Notes under the pieces: generated by a model | The model's input: the letters and a program-made list of their open reading frames with translations, nothing else | Database searches by the model: none | What the model was told of the DNA's origin: nothing | Assembly: GCA_005882895.1 (NCBI GenBank) | Contig: VBBD01000009.1 | Location: forward strand, 7,648 to 71,647 | Direction: 5' to 3' | From: Candidatus Bathyarchaeota archaeon | GTDB lineage: Archaea > Thermoproteota > Bathyarchaeia > 40CM-2-53-6 | DNA length: 64,000 nt | Shown here: one piece after another, positions 18,489-28,473 of the stretch | Numbering within the stretch: position 1 is the stretch's first letter | Layout of the letters: the number at the start of each line of letters is the position of its first letter | Program-made: the position numbers and the translations under genes

Positions 18489-21400
18489 CTAGGTGACCGT
18501 TAAGACCACTGTCGCCGTGTGGGTTAGACTACCGCTCGCCGCGGTTATCGTGATCGTATACGTGCCAGGTGGGGTCTTGTGTAGTGTGCGAACAGTTAGC
18601 GTGGATGTTCCCGACCCTCCTGAACTCAGCGAGACGGTGCTGGAGCTCAAGCTGAGCCGAGGTCCGCTGGGCGTGCAGACTGCAGAGAGAGATACTGGGC
18701 CGGTGAACCCGGCCATACTGGCCACGCTGATGGTAACGGTCCCGCTGGTACCGGCAGCTAGGCTTAGAGACGATGGGTTCACAGCGAGAGTAAAGTCTTG
18801 AACATTGACAGTGATCGTGACTGAATGAGTAGATGAGCCGCTGGTCCCAGTGACGGTCACCGTGTATGTTCCTACCTTGCTGGAGTTGATGGTAAGAGTT
18901 GAGGAGCCTGATCCTCCGGGGCTCAAGCTGACACTGGCCGGGCTGATGGAGGCGGTTAGGCCAGTAGGCGTCATGGATATGGAGAAATTGATCATGCCCG
19001 TGAAACCTGCAACGCTGAGGACTGATACGGACGAGGTGCCGGAGGTGCCCGCCTGAACGTTTACGGTGGTCGGGCTAGCGGAGATTGTGAAGCCTCCAAC
19101 TTCAACTGTTATCGTTGCGGTGTGAGACAAAGAACCGCTGGAGGCTGTGATGATAACTGCATAGGTGTTGGGGGTTGACGAGGTGAGCGTGCAGGTTGAG
19201 TTGGCGGAGCTTCCGGACGAAAGGAGGACGCTTGTTGGATTGCATGAAACAGTCAAGCCTGTAGAAGGAGTGACTGATTCTGTTAGGTTTACGTTACCTG
19301 AGAAGTTTCCAAGGCTTGTTAGGTTGATGGTTGATGAGGCGTTGGAGCCTGATTGGAAACCCACCGTGGAGGGGTTTGCTGCGATAGTGAATCCGGAGGA
19401 TGCGACCACGCTGACGGTAATGATGACCTGGTGGGATAGCGAGCCGCTTGTCCCGGTGATCGTGACAGTGTAGGTCCCTACCGTACTAGAGCTGACGGTG
19501 AGGGTTGAGGTGCCTGTGCCTCCGGATGTGAGGGGCATGCTGGTTGGGCTCAGGGAAACGGTTAGGCCTGAAGGAGACGCTGATGGTGCCAGATTGACCG
19601 TTCCTGCGAAGCCGTTGAGACTGGTGAGGTTTACGGTTGATGTCGTGGCCGAGCCGGAAGTGACCGTGAGGCTTGATTGGGCAGAAACCATGAAGTCGGT
19701 TACTCTTACTGTTACCTGGACAGATTGAGATGCTGAACCGCCAGTAGCCACAACCGTCACGGTGTATGTGCCGGTCGTGGTGGAGTTCGCGGTCAACGTT
19801 GATGTTCCTGTTCCGCCACTGGTTAGTATGATGCTGGAAGGACTCAGAGATGCGCTCAGACCTGAAGGGGAGACGTTTGTTGAGAGGGAGACAGTTCCAG
19901 TGAAACCGTTGAGACTCGTCACAGTGACAGTGGAGATGGCAGAAGAACCTGCTTGAGTTGTCAAAGTAGTAGGATTAGCGGAAACGCTGAAACTGGACGG
20001 GTTAGATGGACGAACCCTGGTAAACTTGATGGTGAAGGGTGAGGAGGTTCCCGTGGCATACAACAGGTCAATTGTAGGACTCGTGCCTGTAGGCCTGAGG
20101 CTCAATACCTGATCAGTAGTCGCGGAGTCAAGATAGTTGACCGTTGGGTTCCAGACCCCGCCAGCAGACAGCCGGACATAGCCGAGGGGCCCGCTTCCAC
20201 CGTCGGTGTTGACGTTCATGAAAAAGATGTAGTAATCGCCCGTCGTGATGTGGACGGCTATTCCGGCCCAGCCCCGGTTGGTAACTGCGAGCGAAGGCGT
20301 GTCAATGTGAGTCTTCACGTCTTGAGAGGTCAATGTGAACACCCCATAACTTAGAGTCCCGGTTATCCCGTAGGCAGCGACCACGAGTGAGCGGACAGGG
20401 TCCCAGGCAAGGCCGACGGGGTCATCATCTGCGTCAGAGCAATTGGTTTCATACGTGATGTTCTGGGATCCCCAGGACCAGCCGGACCCGTTCCAAGTTG
20501 CTTTGTTGAGGGCTATGGTTTCTGGAGGTCCGGTGAACCTGTTGGCCATGAGGTAGACGTTGTTGTTATCCGGTCTCTCGATCATGTTCGGGACAAACCA
20601 GGTGATGCTAACTGAGTCCAGTAATGCCATGTCAGGAGTCGATGAAGAGCCTGCAAGATTAGTCCAGCCTGTCGAGGAATCCCAGCGGAGACTTTTGACC
20701 ATAGTCCGGGTGGAGTTCTGCCAAGCCCAGGCTGCCAGAATATCCCCGTTGTGGAGGAGGATAGCTGTGGGATATCTGCCTAGACCGGACGAGTCGAGGG
20801 CCTTGGGCGTTCCGATGGTGAATCCTGTAATATTGTTCTGAGAGTCTCGCTGTATCACTACTGGAATGTCACTGATCATTCCGGCACCCGAACCACCTTC
20901 CACAATAAGTTCGAGCGACGTCAAAGACACGAGCACCGCGGCCGGCCTCGCATAGGCAGACGCGGGAGTGGATGATTTCACAGGAGCAGACCAGCCTCCA
21001 AGCATCGGGTCAGAATTATCATAAGCCAGCCCAATCCTTCCTAAACTGTCGGTATAGACGGCGATCATCTTACCAGCGGAATCCTGGATCAGCTTTTCGC
21101 CACCGGCCGTGGCCAGTGATGATGGCCCTGGTGCAGCATCGGAGGCGACGATGACGGATGTGGGTGGTGTCCCAGTCACAGCGACTGTGGTCGAGGCCGC
21201 CCCAGTCGCTCCCTTGGAGTCTGTGACAGAGAGTCCCGGACTATAACTGCCTGAGGCGGTGTACGTGTGGGTTGCCGGGTTGCCGGTGCCAGTTGCCCCA
21301 TCACCGAACGCCCAGGAAAAGGTGTAAGGTGCGGTTCCACCGGAAGCCGTTCCTGTGAAAGTTACGACTTGCCCGGTCACAGGTGAGGAGGGAGCGAAAC

Positions 21401-22199
21401 TGATGCCGAGGTTCAGTGCGGACTGGTGGACCCTCCAACCGGTTAGAGGATGGAGTTCCCAGCCTGAGAAGGAGTGACTAGCAGAGTTCGCATTATTCCC
21501 ATCCCAGTACATGAAGCCTTGAAAATCAATCAGTGTAACGCCTTGGGTGGTCTGGCTGTTCAGTGCATTGGGGTCGCAGGCTGTCCCGGACCCACAGTAT
21601 TTCGCGGCTTGCCAGTCATGATCAATCTCCAAATGAATTCGGCCGTAACAAGTGGGATCTTTGGCTGTTGTGCAGGACGTACCGTAGTTGGAGACAATAG
21701 CGGGGTCATAGATGTTGAAGGTAAAATCGTTGAGTGTTGGCCCGCCGTACGATCCGCCTCCGTTAGTCGGGTCATAGCTAGTCGACGAGTCCTCAAAGAC
21801 GGCGCTCGCTCTTTTGACACCGTCAATCTCAACAAAGACTCCTTGCTGTTTCCCGAAATTATTGGTGATGGTACAGGCGGGACCTGGAGAATGCCAACCC
21901 GATGGCGTTGGCCCCGGGGTCAACCATCGTTTAGCGTCACCGCCGCTAACGGTCGTGGTGATCCCGGGACTGAATGGGCTAGCATTGAAAGACGCTGTCC
22001 CAGTCTGGTTCGCAGTAATGTCTGTAATTCTCACAGTCGTGGGCGTACAGCTGACGTTGGAATTCCAAGCTCCAACAAGAGGGGCGGTTGTTGTCAGTAT
22101 CGAGGCGAAGACGGGAACTGCGACTTGGATCAAAGGTATGAGAAGAAGGGCTAAGGTGATAATTGCGGTGAGCCGTGAAAACCGAACTGTTGTCGGCAC
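18489..22199 (-). CDS. Large secreted surface protein: unknown N-domain, PKD, propeller-like region, five Ig-like repeats
   Basis: Signal peptide; PKD (YTFSWAFGDG...THTY); about 100-aa S/T-rich repeats FxxSAxPxx...S/GFTGTVxLS. Confidence 0.9.
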   Translation of the reverse strand: MPTTVRFSRLTAIITLALLLIPLIQVAVPVFASILTTTAPLVGAWNSNVSCTPTTVRITDITANQTGTASFNASPFSPGITTTVSGGDAKRWLTPGPTPSGWHSPGPACTITNNFGKQQGVFVEIDGVKRASAVFEDSSTSYDPTNGGGSYGGPTLNDFTFNIYDPAIVSNYGTSCTTAKDPTCYGRIHLEIDHDWQAAKYCGSGTACDPNALNSQTTQGVTLIDFQGFMYWDGNNANSASHSFSGWELHPLTGWRVHQSALNLGISFAPSSPVTGQVVTFTGTASGGTAPYTFSWAFGDGATGTGNPATHTYTASGSYSPGLSVTDSKGATGAASTTVAVTGTPPTSVIVASDAAPGPSSLATAGGEKLIQDSAGKMIAVYTDSLGRIGLAYDNSDPMLGGWSAPVKSSTPASAYARPAAVLVSLTSLELIVEGGSGAGMISDIPVVIQRDSQNNITGFTIGTPKALDSSGLGRYPTAILLHNGDILAAWAWQNSTRTMVKSLRWDSSTGWTNLAGSSSTPDMALLDSVSITWFVPNMIERPDNNNVYLMANRFTGPPETIALNKATWNGSGWSWGSQNITYETNCSDADDDPVGLAWDPVRSLVVAAYGITGTLSYGVFTLTSQDVKTHIDTPSLAVTNRGWAGIAVHITTGDYYIFFMNVNTDGGSGPLGYVRLSAGGVWNPTVNYLDSATTDQVLSLRPTGTSPTIDLLYATGTSSPFTIKFTRVRPSNPSSFSVSANPTTLTTQAGSSAISTVTVTSLNGFTGTVSLSTNVSPSGLSASLSPSSIILTSGGTGTSTLTANSTTTGTYTVTVVATGGSASQSVQVTVRVTDFMVSAQSSLTVTSGSATTSTVNLTSLNGFAGTVNLAPSASPSGLTVSLSPTSMPLTSGGTGTSTLTVSSSTVGTYTVTITGTSGSLSHQVIITVSVVASSGFTIAANPSTVGFQSGSNASSTINLTSLGNFSGNVNLTESVTPSTGLTVSCNPTSVLLSSGSSANSTCTLTSSTPNTYAVIITASSGSLSHTATITVEVGGFTISASPTTVNVQAGTSGTSSVSVLSVAGFTGMINFSISMTPTGLTASISPASVSLSPGGSGSSTLTINSSKVGTYTVTVTGTSGSSTHSVTITVNVQDFTLAVNPSSLSLAAGTSGTVTISVASMAGFTGPVSLSAVCTPSGPRLSLSSSTVSLSSGGSGTSTLTVRTLHKTPPGTYTITITAASGSLTHTATVVLTVT
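18492..19990 (-). repeat. Five degenerate ~300-bp intragenic repeats encoding Ig-like domains
   Basis: Recurring SLNGFTGTV / SLNGFAGTV / SLGNFSGNV / SVAGFTGMI / SMAGFTGPV and GTYTVTVTGTSGSLSH units. Confidence 0.8.
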
Positions 22200-22463
22200 T
22201 TTCTACTCTCCTCCCGATAATATTCGCGATCCTGGATGGATAGTTACTTTCAGCACAGAAACGGGCCGGGACCCGCGGCCCATTTAGCCATTGCTTCCGG
22301 CGGTCTACAGAAGGATAGAATGCGCAGTCGCACGATACAAATTGCAACATTTGTGCGCGTGATTCTGAATGTTAGTGCAATCCGAAGGTCGACCAAGAGA
22401 TTTGGATACTTGACTTGTCTCCTACGCTTTGAGGATTCATTCTAAGGCCTGCCCGAATTGTCT

Positions 22464-22865
22464 TCAGTGGCCCCAGTTGGGTGGAGCTTGCTGTTTTCCT
22501 GTTTGTAGGATCCAGTAGTCGTGTAGTTCCTTGCAGAGGCCGTTTTTTGCGAAATGTAGCGTTAGGCAGCCAGCGAGAGTGACGTCGTTGAGTTTCTCTT
22601 TCATTGTGGTCCAGTATTCAACGGCGGCTCTTGAGCCTTCCACGACAGGCTTTCCAAATCGAACCTCGTACACCTGTCCAACATCTAACGCCCCCAATGT
22701 ATAATCCAAGATACTCTTTCGTCCCTGGTTCACAGGCCGAAACGGATGCGAGTGGTACGTAGCGTCCTCAGTGAAGAGAGAAGCAATCGCCTTTGCATCT
22801 TTCTTCTGCCATGCTTTGGCGTAGTTACGAATCCACCTGATAACAACCAGCCTAGTACTGGGCAT
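22464..22865 (-). CDS. NTF2/SnoaL-like protein
   Basis: YAKAWQKKDAKAIASLFTEDATY...ELHDYW. Confidence 0.85.
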   Translation of the reverse strand: MPSTRLVVIRWIRNYAKAWQKKDAKAIASLFTEDATYHSHPFRPVNQGRKSILDYTLGALDVGQVYEVRFGKPVVEGSRAAVEYWTTMKEKLNDVTLAGCLTLHFAKNGLCKELHDYWILQTGKQQAPPNWGH

Positions 22866-23289
22866 CTTGAGACTCCCACGTCAGCCTTGCCGAAATAGCA
22901 CTTAACCATTAAATCAATGGGAATGCCCTCTGATTGGCCTCGCCGGAATTACCGAAAGGCTGGTGAACTGCCTTAGAGTAGATGGGCCCCGGGCACTGCC
23001 CCTTTGTCCATATTCTCACAATAGCAGAATCTCGGATGGTTTTTCGGACCGGGCCCCAACATTGTGTACACAAAAGTATGCAACTAATTTTACTCTAAAC
23101 CGAGTTTGGGAACCAACAGGTTCTCCTGTCAGATCCACAATTTTTGCTACTAAATTGTCTCTCAAGAACAAAATGGTCCATTTGGAATCACATAAAAAAT
23201 CGGCACTATATCGAAATCCGAGAATATTCCCTGGCTGAACATTCCTTATCTTTCACTTGCGCCATTAATGGCGAACAGAGATTAGAAGC

Positions 23290-23640
23290 ATGGCATTAGA
23301 CAGGCAAGTAGAACAGAAAGATCCGATAGACGAAGCACGGCTGCCAGGTCGGCTTTCGCTATTGACCGCAACCGTCGAACCCGCCCTGCTGATACAGGCC
23401 CCCGCAGGTGCTATTCCAAGAATAGGAGAAATCCCACCTGCCTCCCCCACAGGCGGAAATGGGATGAAACCTCGGAGAACCCGTCGGCTCAAAGACAAAC
23501 GCACCTGTGTAGAGTGTGGCCTCAACTTTCGTCCTGAAGGTGGCAGTCATGTGATCTGCAACCCTTGTGGTCTGCAGGCCTGGGCAACCAAGCGAGCTGA
23601 AGAATACAGAACGCTCGTAAGTATGCTCAACGCACCATAG
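23290..23640 (+). CDS. Small hypothetical Zn-finger protein (possibly starting at ATG 23464)
   Basis: CVECG...ICNPC preceded by a basic stretch. Confidence 0.45.
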   Translation: MALDRQVEQKDPIDEARLPGRLSLLTATVEPALLIQAPAGAIPRIGEIPPASPTGGNGMKPRRTRRLKDKRTCVECGLNFRPEGGSHVICNPCGLQAWATKRAEEYRTLVSMLNAP

Positions 23641-23781
23641 TTCCTGGTCGGTCTCATCGAGCCGTCGGCTCCACTTTCCAAAACGATTTGTTCATGCAAC
23701 TTTTCGTTTCTGCCAACGATTTTCCAAAACACTTTCTCTAGTGGCCTCCAAGGGCCTCCTAAATCTCGCCGCACGCCCTTC

Positions 23782-24786
23782 ATGACCCTTAGCTCGGCAT
23801 TCCGCTACCCTAGACTTGGAGGGCGGGGAACATCACAATTTAGACGACCCGATGGCGTAAGCGGCGTGGAATACAACATGTCAAGGGTCCAGGGAAAAAA
23901 TTCGAATCTCTTTAGCGAACTCTCAAACGCTAACCTGAAGGAAGAGTGTGAGTCGTGCAGAAACATTGTTATCTGCAACGTATGCGGCAGCTCGATCTCC
24001 GGGTTCGAACACATCGGAGTGCGGGCGAGTGCGAGTCACGAATCTGGCATCTGGCACTACGCTAATCCTTGCCGTCATCGCAACCAACTCCGTTCAAGAT
24101 CAGCCAATGTGAAGTATGGTGGCGGCCCTCTCTGGAAGAACGGGTATACGTGGCAGAACATCTACTGGGGCCCATACTTCATAGGCTCTTCCGCCTCGGC
24201 CTGGGTTGCGAGCATAGAGAAGGCCGTCGTAGACATAGAATCGGACAAGACATATTCAGCAGGGCTATCGCAATACAATGTTGGGACCGGAAGTGTTAGC
24301 CCTCTCATTACCATCAAGACGGCTCCCTCCACGAAAATATCTGATGGGCAAATCAAGCAGACTCTTGCCGGCTGGATTGCATCCGGCACCGTCCCCAGCC
24401 TGGGCAGCCAGGGTGCCTACAACATATTCCTGCCACCCGGCGTCACCGTATCTCTCTCCCCCGTTGAGGCGTCCTGCGCATTCTTCTGTGATTATCACAA
24501 CACCGTCAACGGGTCCAACGGTCCATTCTACACTGTTGAGCCCTATCCATGTGCCAAAGGTTGTAACCAGTGCACCAACAATCCGCTGGACACGCTGACG
24601 CAGGGATTGTCGGAGGAGATGGTGGAGCTAAAGACCGACATGAACCCCGGAACAGGATGGGTTATAGGAAACCTTGAGCTCTGCGATTATTGCGACGCGA
24701 AATTCCTCTGCAACCGGGTCAGCGGCGGCGAGTACGTCAATTCTTGGTACGACAAGAACAAGAAGGCTTGCTGGAAAGGAATCTAA
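23782..24786 (+). CDS. Cys-rich hypothetical protein with Phi-1/EXORDIUM-like domain (likely start ATG 23878)
   Basis: YGGGPL...IYWG, FCDYH, SEEMVELKTD, GW...ELCDYC; N-terminal CxxC pairs. Confidence 0.65.
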   Translation: MTLSSAFRYPRLGGRGTSQFRRPDGVSGVEYNMSRVQGKNSNLFSELSNANLKEECESCRNIVICNVCGSSISGFEHIGVRASASHESGIWHYANPCRHRNQLRSRSANVKYGGGPLWKNGYTWQNIYWGPYFIGSSASAWVASIEKAVVDIESDKTYSAGLSQYNVGTGSVSPLITIKTAPSTKISDGQIKQTLAGWIASGTVPSLGSQGAYNIFLPPGVTVSLSPVEASCAFFCDYHNTVNGSNGPFYTVEPYPCAKGCNQCTNNPLDTLTQGLSEEMVELKTDMNPGTGWVIGNLELCDYCDAKFLCNRVSGGEYVNSWYDKNKKACWKGI

Positions 24787-24894
24787 TCCCCAAATTTCGA
24801 CCCTTCAAGAACCGTTCTAGCTAACCCATCCCAGGGGCGGGTACATTATCTTGATTAGAACAGGATGCAATCCACCTACGGTCGCTAAGAAATA

Positions 24895-25173
24895 ATGATG
24901 GCCGAAGTGAAATGGCTGATATTGTTTGGGGTCGCGTGTTACGGGTTTGGAGCTCTCTCTGTCACAGCGGACGAACTCTACGGAATCGCCCAATTCTACG
25001 GGACAGGGGGTGTTTACTATTTCCCAATCATCGGAGCAAGGGGGCTCTGGGACGCGTGGGTCTACGTGTTCACAGGACTAGGACTCTGCTTCTTCCTGTG
25101 TACACTTTCGGTTTTAATGCTTCAGCGAACAAAACCGACCAGAAAAGAATCCTCGGACCAGATACAAAGCTAG
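24895..25173 (+). CDS. Small two-TM membrane protein
   Basis: Two hydrophobic segments, 92 aa. Confidence 0.55.
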   Translation: MMAEVKWLILFGVACYGFGALSVTADELYGIAQFYGTGGVYYFPIIGARGLWDAWVYVFTGLGLCFFLCTLSVLMLQRTKPTRKESSDQIQS

Positions 25174-25221
25174 AGAAGATGCCGGTTCAAAGCATAGGAG
25201 CCCGACCAAAATGGGAGCTGA

Positions 25222-25674
25222 TTGTCTTTGGTTGATGTTGTGAAAGAATTTCTTTCGAACTATCCGGATCAAATACGGATGATAACCGAAGAGTTGCGCC
25301 ACATGGCAAGACGCGCAATGCCTAGAGCGCGTGAGTTTCTCTACTATGACGCAGTCAACTACTCGCTTAGCGATTCCCCCCTCGAACGCATCTGCTACAT
25401 TTCGCCCGCACAAAACCAGGTTACGCTTGGATTCCTGTTCGGAGCGCACCTCGACGATCAGCATCACCTGCTCCAAGGCATCGGCAAGCGAGCACGCCAC
25501 ATCAAGATCAGAACATTGGAGGAAGCGAAGAATCCTGCACTCAAGGGATTGGTCAAAGCTGCATGGAATGACGGAGCCGCTTCTATCTCAAGCATCAAGC
25601 AGCAGAAGAGACACCGTATAGTTGCTCACAGTCACACAAAGCAGGCCTCTCGATCACGACGCAAAACACGATAG
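25222..25674 (+). CDS. DUF1801 (YdhG-like) protein
   Basis: VTLGFLFGAHLDDQHHLLQGIGKRARHIKI. Confidence 0.85.
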   Translation: MSLVDVVKEFLSNYPDQIRMITEELRHMARRAMPRAREFLYYDAVNYSLSDSPLERICYISPAQNQVTLGFLFGAHLDDQHHLLQGIGKRARHIKIRTLEEAKNPALKGLVKAAWNDGAASISSIKQQKRHRIVAHSHTKQASRSRRKTR

Positions 25675-25727
25675 GGATCCAATTGTTCTAGAGAACAAGG
25701 AGCTATGGCAGAGACATGACTTTGGAT

Positions 25728-26072
25728 TCAGCCTTTCCATATTCCGAGGGAAAGGCCGATGAGGAATGCCGCGGAAGTAATTGGCAGTATGCTTGCGACC
25801 GCCGAGGCCTGGCTGGCCGCGGTCGGTACCAGCGAGACGGCCCTGTAGATAGTTGTCTTCGAGGAATCGCTCAGCTGGAGATTGATGTAGCCTGTAGCGA
25901 TGAGGAGACCGACGAGAGAAAGAATGGCGAGTCCGAGCTTCACCGTCTTCTTGAGCACAACCCCCACGAGGAAGCCTATCGCGAGCACGATCAGCGCTGG
26001 GACGATCGCTCCTGATCCAAAATCGAGTAAGAAGGCCAAGGACGCCCGTCTCTTAGGATTAGCCGTGGGCAC
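25728..26072 (-). CDS. FUN14 family membrane protein
   Basis: IGFLVGVVLKKTVKLGL...GYIN...FLIGLSLGIWKG. Confidence 0.8.
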   Translation of the reverse strand: MPTANPKRRASLAFLLDFGSGAIVPALIVLAIGFLVGVVLKKTVKLGLAILSLVGLLIATGYINLQLSDSSKTTIYRAVSLVPTAASQASAVASILPITSAAFLIGLSLGIWKG

Positions 26073-26079
26073 TCTTAAG

Positions 26080-27045
26080 CTAGGCTAGTTCCAGCATTCG
26101 TTGAATCGCTAGTCGCGCCTTTCCGGCGATCTCATCCCGGACCCTAACCTCGTGGACCATGTTTCTCAGCGAGTTAGCAACTTTCTCCAGGGTTATGGTT
26201 TTCATGTACTGGCAGACAGCATCCTCCTTTACCGGAAGAAACGTCTTGTCCGGGTTCTCCTTTCGCATCCTGTGAAGAATCCCCGTCTCCGTTGCAACCA
26301 AGAACTTGTCCGCACTCGACTCCCGCGCCCGACGAACCATACCCTCGGTTGAGGCAACATGAACCATCGGCATATTAAAATCGCCCTTCTCAGCAAAATA
26401 CAGAAACTGCGTAACACAACCACACTCAGGATGAATCAGAAATTCAGCGTCTGAATTTTCCGCAAGCTTCTCGTTCACAACATCCGGAGTTATCCCCGCG
26501 TGAACATGGCACTCCCCAGGCCATATCTCCATCTCACGCCCTGTCCTCTCCTTCACAAACGCCCCCAAGAACAAATCCGGAAGAAAGAGAATTTCTCGAT
26601 CCCTAGGAATACTGTTGACAACCTTCACCGCGTTACCAGAGGTACAGACATAATCGCTCTCAGCCTTAACCTCCGCAGTCGTGTTAATGTAAGACACAAC
26701 GGCAGAATTCGGATGCTCGTTTTTCCAAGCCCGCAACTTCTCCCCATCAATCGTCGCCGCCAACGAACAGCCAGCGCCGAGATCAGGCAATAGAACCGTT
26801 TTCTTTGGCGAGATTATCGATGCGGTCTCTGCCATGAAATGTACCCCACAGAAAACAATCACGTCCGCAGGTGTCCTGGCGGCAGCTTGTGAGAGGCCTA
26901 GCGAGTCGCCTACGAAGTCCGCGATATCCTGGACCTCGGGGACCTGGTAGTTGTGTGCTAGAATGACCGCGTTTCTCTCCTTCTTCAGCCGCAGAATCTC
27001 CGCTGCCAGCTCCCCGTGTCCATTGAACTGGAGCATCTGGGCCAT
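26080..27045 (-). CDS. nadA: Quinolinate synthase A
   Basis: ILAHNYQ, FCGVHFMAE, GCSLA, CHVH, HPEC, CQYMK. Confidence 0.97.
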   Translation of the reverse strand: MAQMLQFNGHGELAAEILRLKKERNAVILAHNYQVPEVQDIADFVGDSLGLSQAAARTPADVIVFCGVHFMAETASIISPKKTVLLPDLGAGCSLAATIDGEKLRAWKNEHPNSAVVSYINTTAEVKAESDYVCTSGNAVKVVNSIPRDREILFLPDLFLGAFVKERTGREMEIWPGECHVHAGITPDVVNEKLAENSDAEFLIHPECGCVTQFLYFAEKGDFNMPMVHVASTEGMVRRARESSADKFLVATETGILHRMRKENPDKTFLPVKEDAVCQYMKTITLEKVANSLRNMVHEVRVRDEIAGKARLAIQRMLELA

Positions 27046-27126
27046 AGGAGATCAGAGTAGAACTGGCCAAATTCCAGTGTTAAACATTACCCTGAGAAGG
27101 ACCCCAAAGGGAGGGTGCTAGCTTGG

Positions 27127-27288
27127 CTATTTCTTCTGGCGATCCTCGCGGTCTCCTTTGCCGGCCCTCTCAAGTTCGTGTTTTGCCTGACCCAGAGATT
27201 TAGCCAGCTCCGGGATCTTCTGAGGGCCCCACATCAGCAAGATAAGGACAACCGCTCCAATCATGACGACTTCCCAGGGATCAATCAC
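27127..27288 (-). CDS. tatA: Twin-arginine translocase TatA/E subunit (53 aa, missed by ORF track)
   Basis: Manual translation MIDPWEVVMIGAVVLILLMWGPQKIPELAKSLGQAKHELERAGKGDREDRQKK: TM, GPxKIPELA hinge, amphipathic helix. Confidence 0.9.
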   Translation of the reverse strand: MIDPWEVVMIGAVVLILLMWGPQKIPELAKSLGQAKHELERAGKGDREDRQKK

Positions 27289-27469
27289 CGGCCATCAGAA
27301 CTGACATCTCATCTAACACCTTATACTTTCTAGGTCAATAGTCTCCAAAGAGAACGAAGTGGTCTAGCTAGTCCGTAGAACTCTCACGACCGTAACCCTG
27401 AGAGGCGGTTTCTAGACTTCTTCCGCATCCAAGCTCCACGAGACCTGAAGAGTTGCCCTCCAACAGACA

Positions 27470-27748
27470 GTGCATGCAAAAAGCCATATGGTGTTACAAT
27501 CGGAACTTAGCCTGGCACGAGCACGCAGATCAACAGGGGACGTTCACTTGGTCCACGCAAATATGGACAATACGATGAGGAAGGTGGCCCTCAAGGAACT
27601 GAAGTTCATAGCTGAGGTCAGCGAAGTGACCGTCACAAAACGGATTCTCCTCGTCAGGCCGAGGGCGACTACCAAACCATACGAGGTCGAGCGGCTCATC
27701 GAGACGCTGAAGCAGGACTACGACGATGTCCAGGTAGAAGCATCCTAA
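27470..27748 (+). CDS. Small hypothetical protein (start may be 27562 or 27574)
   Basis: C-terminal half is protein-like (RKVALKELKFIAEV...LIETLKQDYDDV). Confidence 0.5.
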   Translation: MHAKSHMVLQSELSLARARRSTGDVHLVHANMDNTMRKVALKELKFIAEVSEVTVTKRILLVRPRATTKPYEVERLIETLKQDYDDVQVEAS

Positions 27749-27795
27749 CGCGGGAGACTCCGTATCTCAGTTGTTCCACCCAAGCAGGGCGGTTT

Positions 27796-28233
27796 CTACA
27801 TCATTGGCGACTGGAGCCTCGCGATGGTGGACGAAACCTGGTCAACATACTCTTTCAATCTGGAGAGCATACTGCTCGCGGTGATGACACCGATTACTCT
27901 ATGGTCCTTCAGGACTAGAACTCTCCGAATCCCTTTGTGTGCCATTAGTTCCGCAACCTGATCCAGCCCCACGTTGGAATCCACGGAGACCAGATCGCTC
28001 GTCATGATATCGCCCAGTTTCACGTGTGAAGGATCTTTTCCCTCAGCCACTATTTTGGAGAGGTAATCCCACTCGGTAACAATCCCCTCTGGACCGCCAG
28101 TGGCGGATGTGATTATGGCGAACCCATGTCTCTTTGCCTTCATCTGTCGAGCCGCTTCTAGTGCGGTTGTCTCTCGTGAAAGAGAAAGAAACTCCTTCTC
28201 GACAATGTCTCTCGCGACCAAGACCATAGCCAA
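27796..28233 (-). CDS. CBS domain pair protein
   Basis: ARDIV...GIVTEWD, DIMTSDLVSV...GVIT. Confidence 0.9.
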   Translation of the reverse strand: MAMVLVARDIVEKEFLSLSRETTALEAARQMKAKRHGFAIITSATGGPEGIVTEWDYLSKIVAEGKDPSHVKLGDIMTSDLVSVDSNVGLDQVAELMAHKGIRRVLVLKDHRVIGVITASSMLSRLKEYVDQVSSTIARLQSPMM

Positions 28234-28473
28234 TGCATGACAAGGCTCGAATAATTAATAGTAACCAACACGGCTTCCCATATGGTTAGCCATTCGTCAG
28301 GCGGGCAATTTGGAGGATTTGCCCTTCGTCTCTTGAACTCTCATTTTTCCCACTAAATTTGTCTCTATCAGACAGTCTTGGACTGTGGTAGACTGGAAAC
28401 AAACCTAGAACGTTCGGCGCTAGTCCAAACCTAAATCAACATACACCCACAAGCGAATTACGGCAAGAATGAA

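Noticed and set aside
18493-22287. Several plus-strand ORFs opposite the large surface protein
   Set aside because: Antisense shadows of repetitive Ser/Thr codons, with no independent motifs.
27115-27333. 72-aa plus-strand ORF
   Set aside because: The opposite strand encodes a clear TatA.
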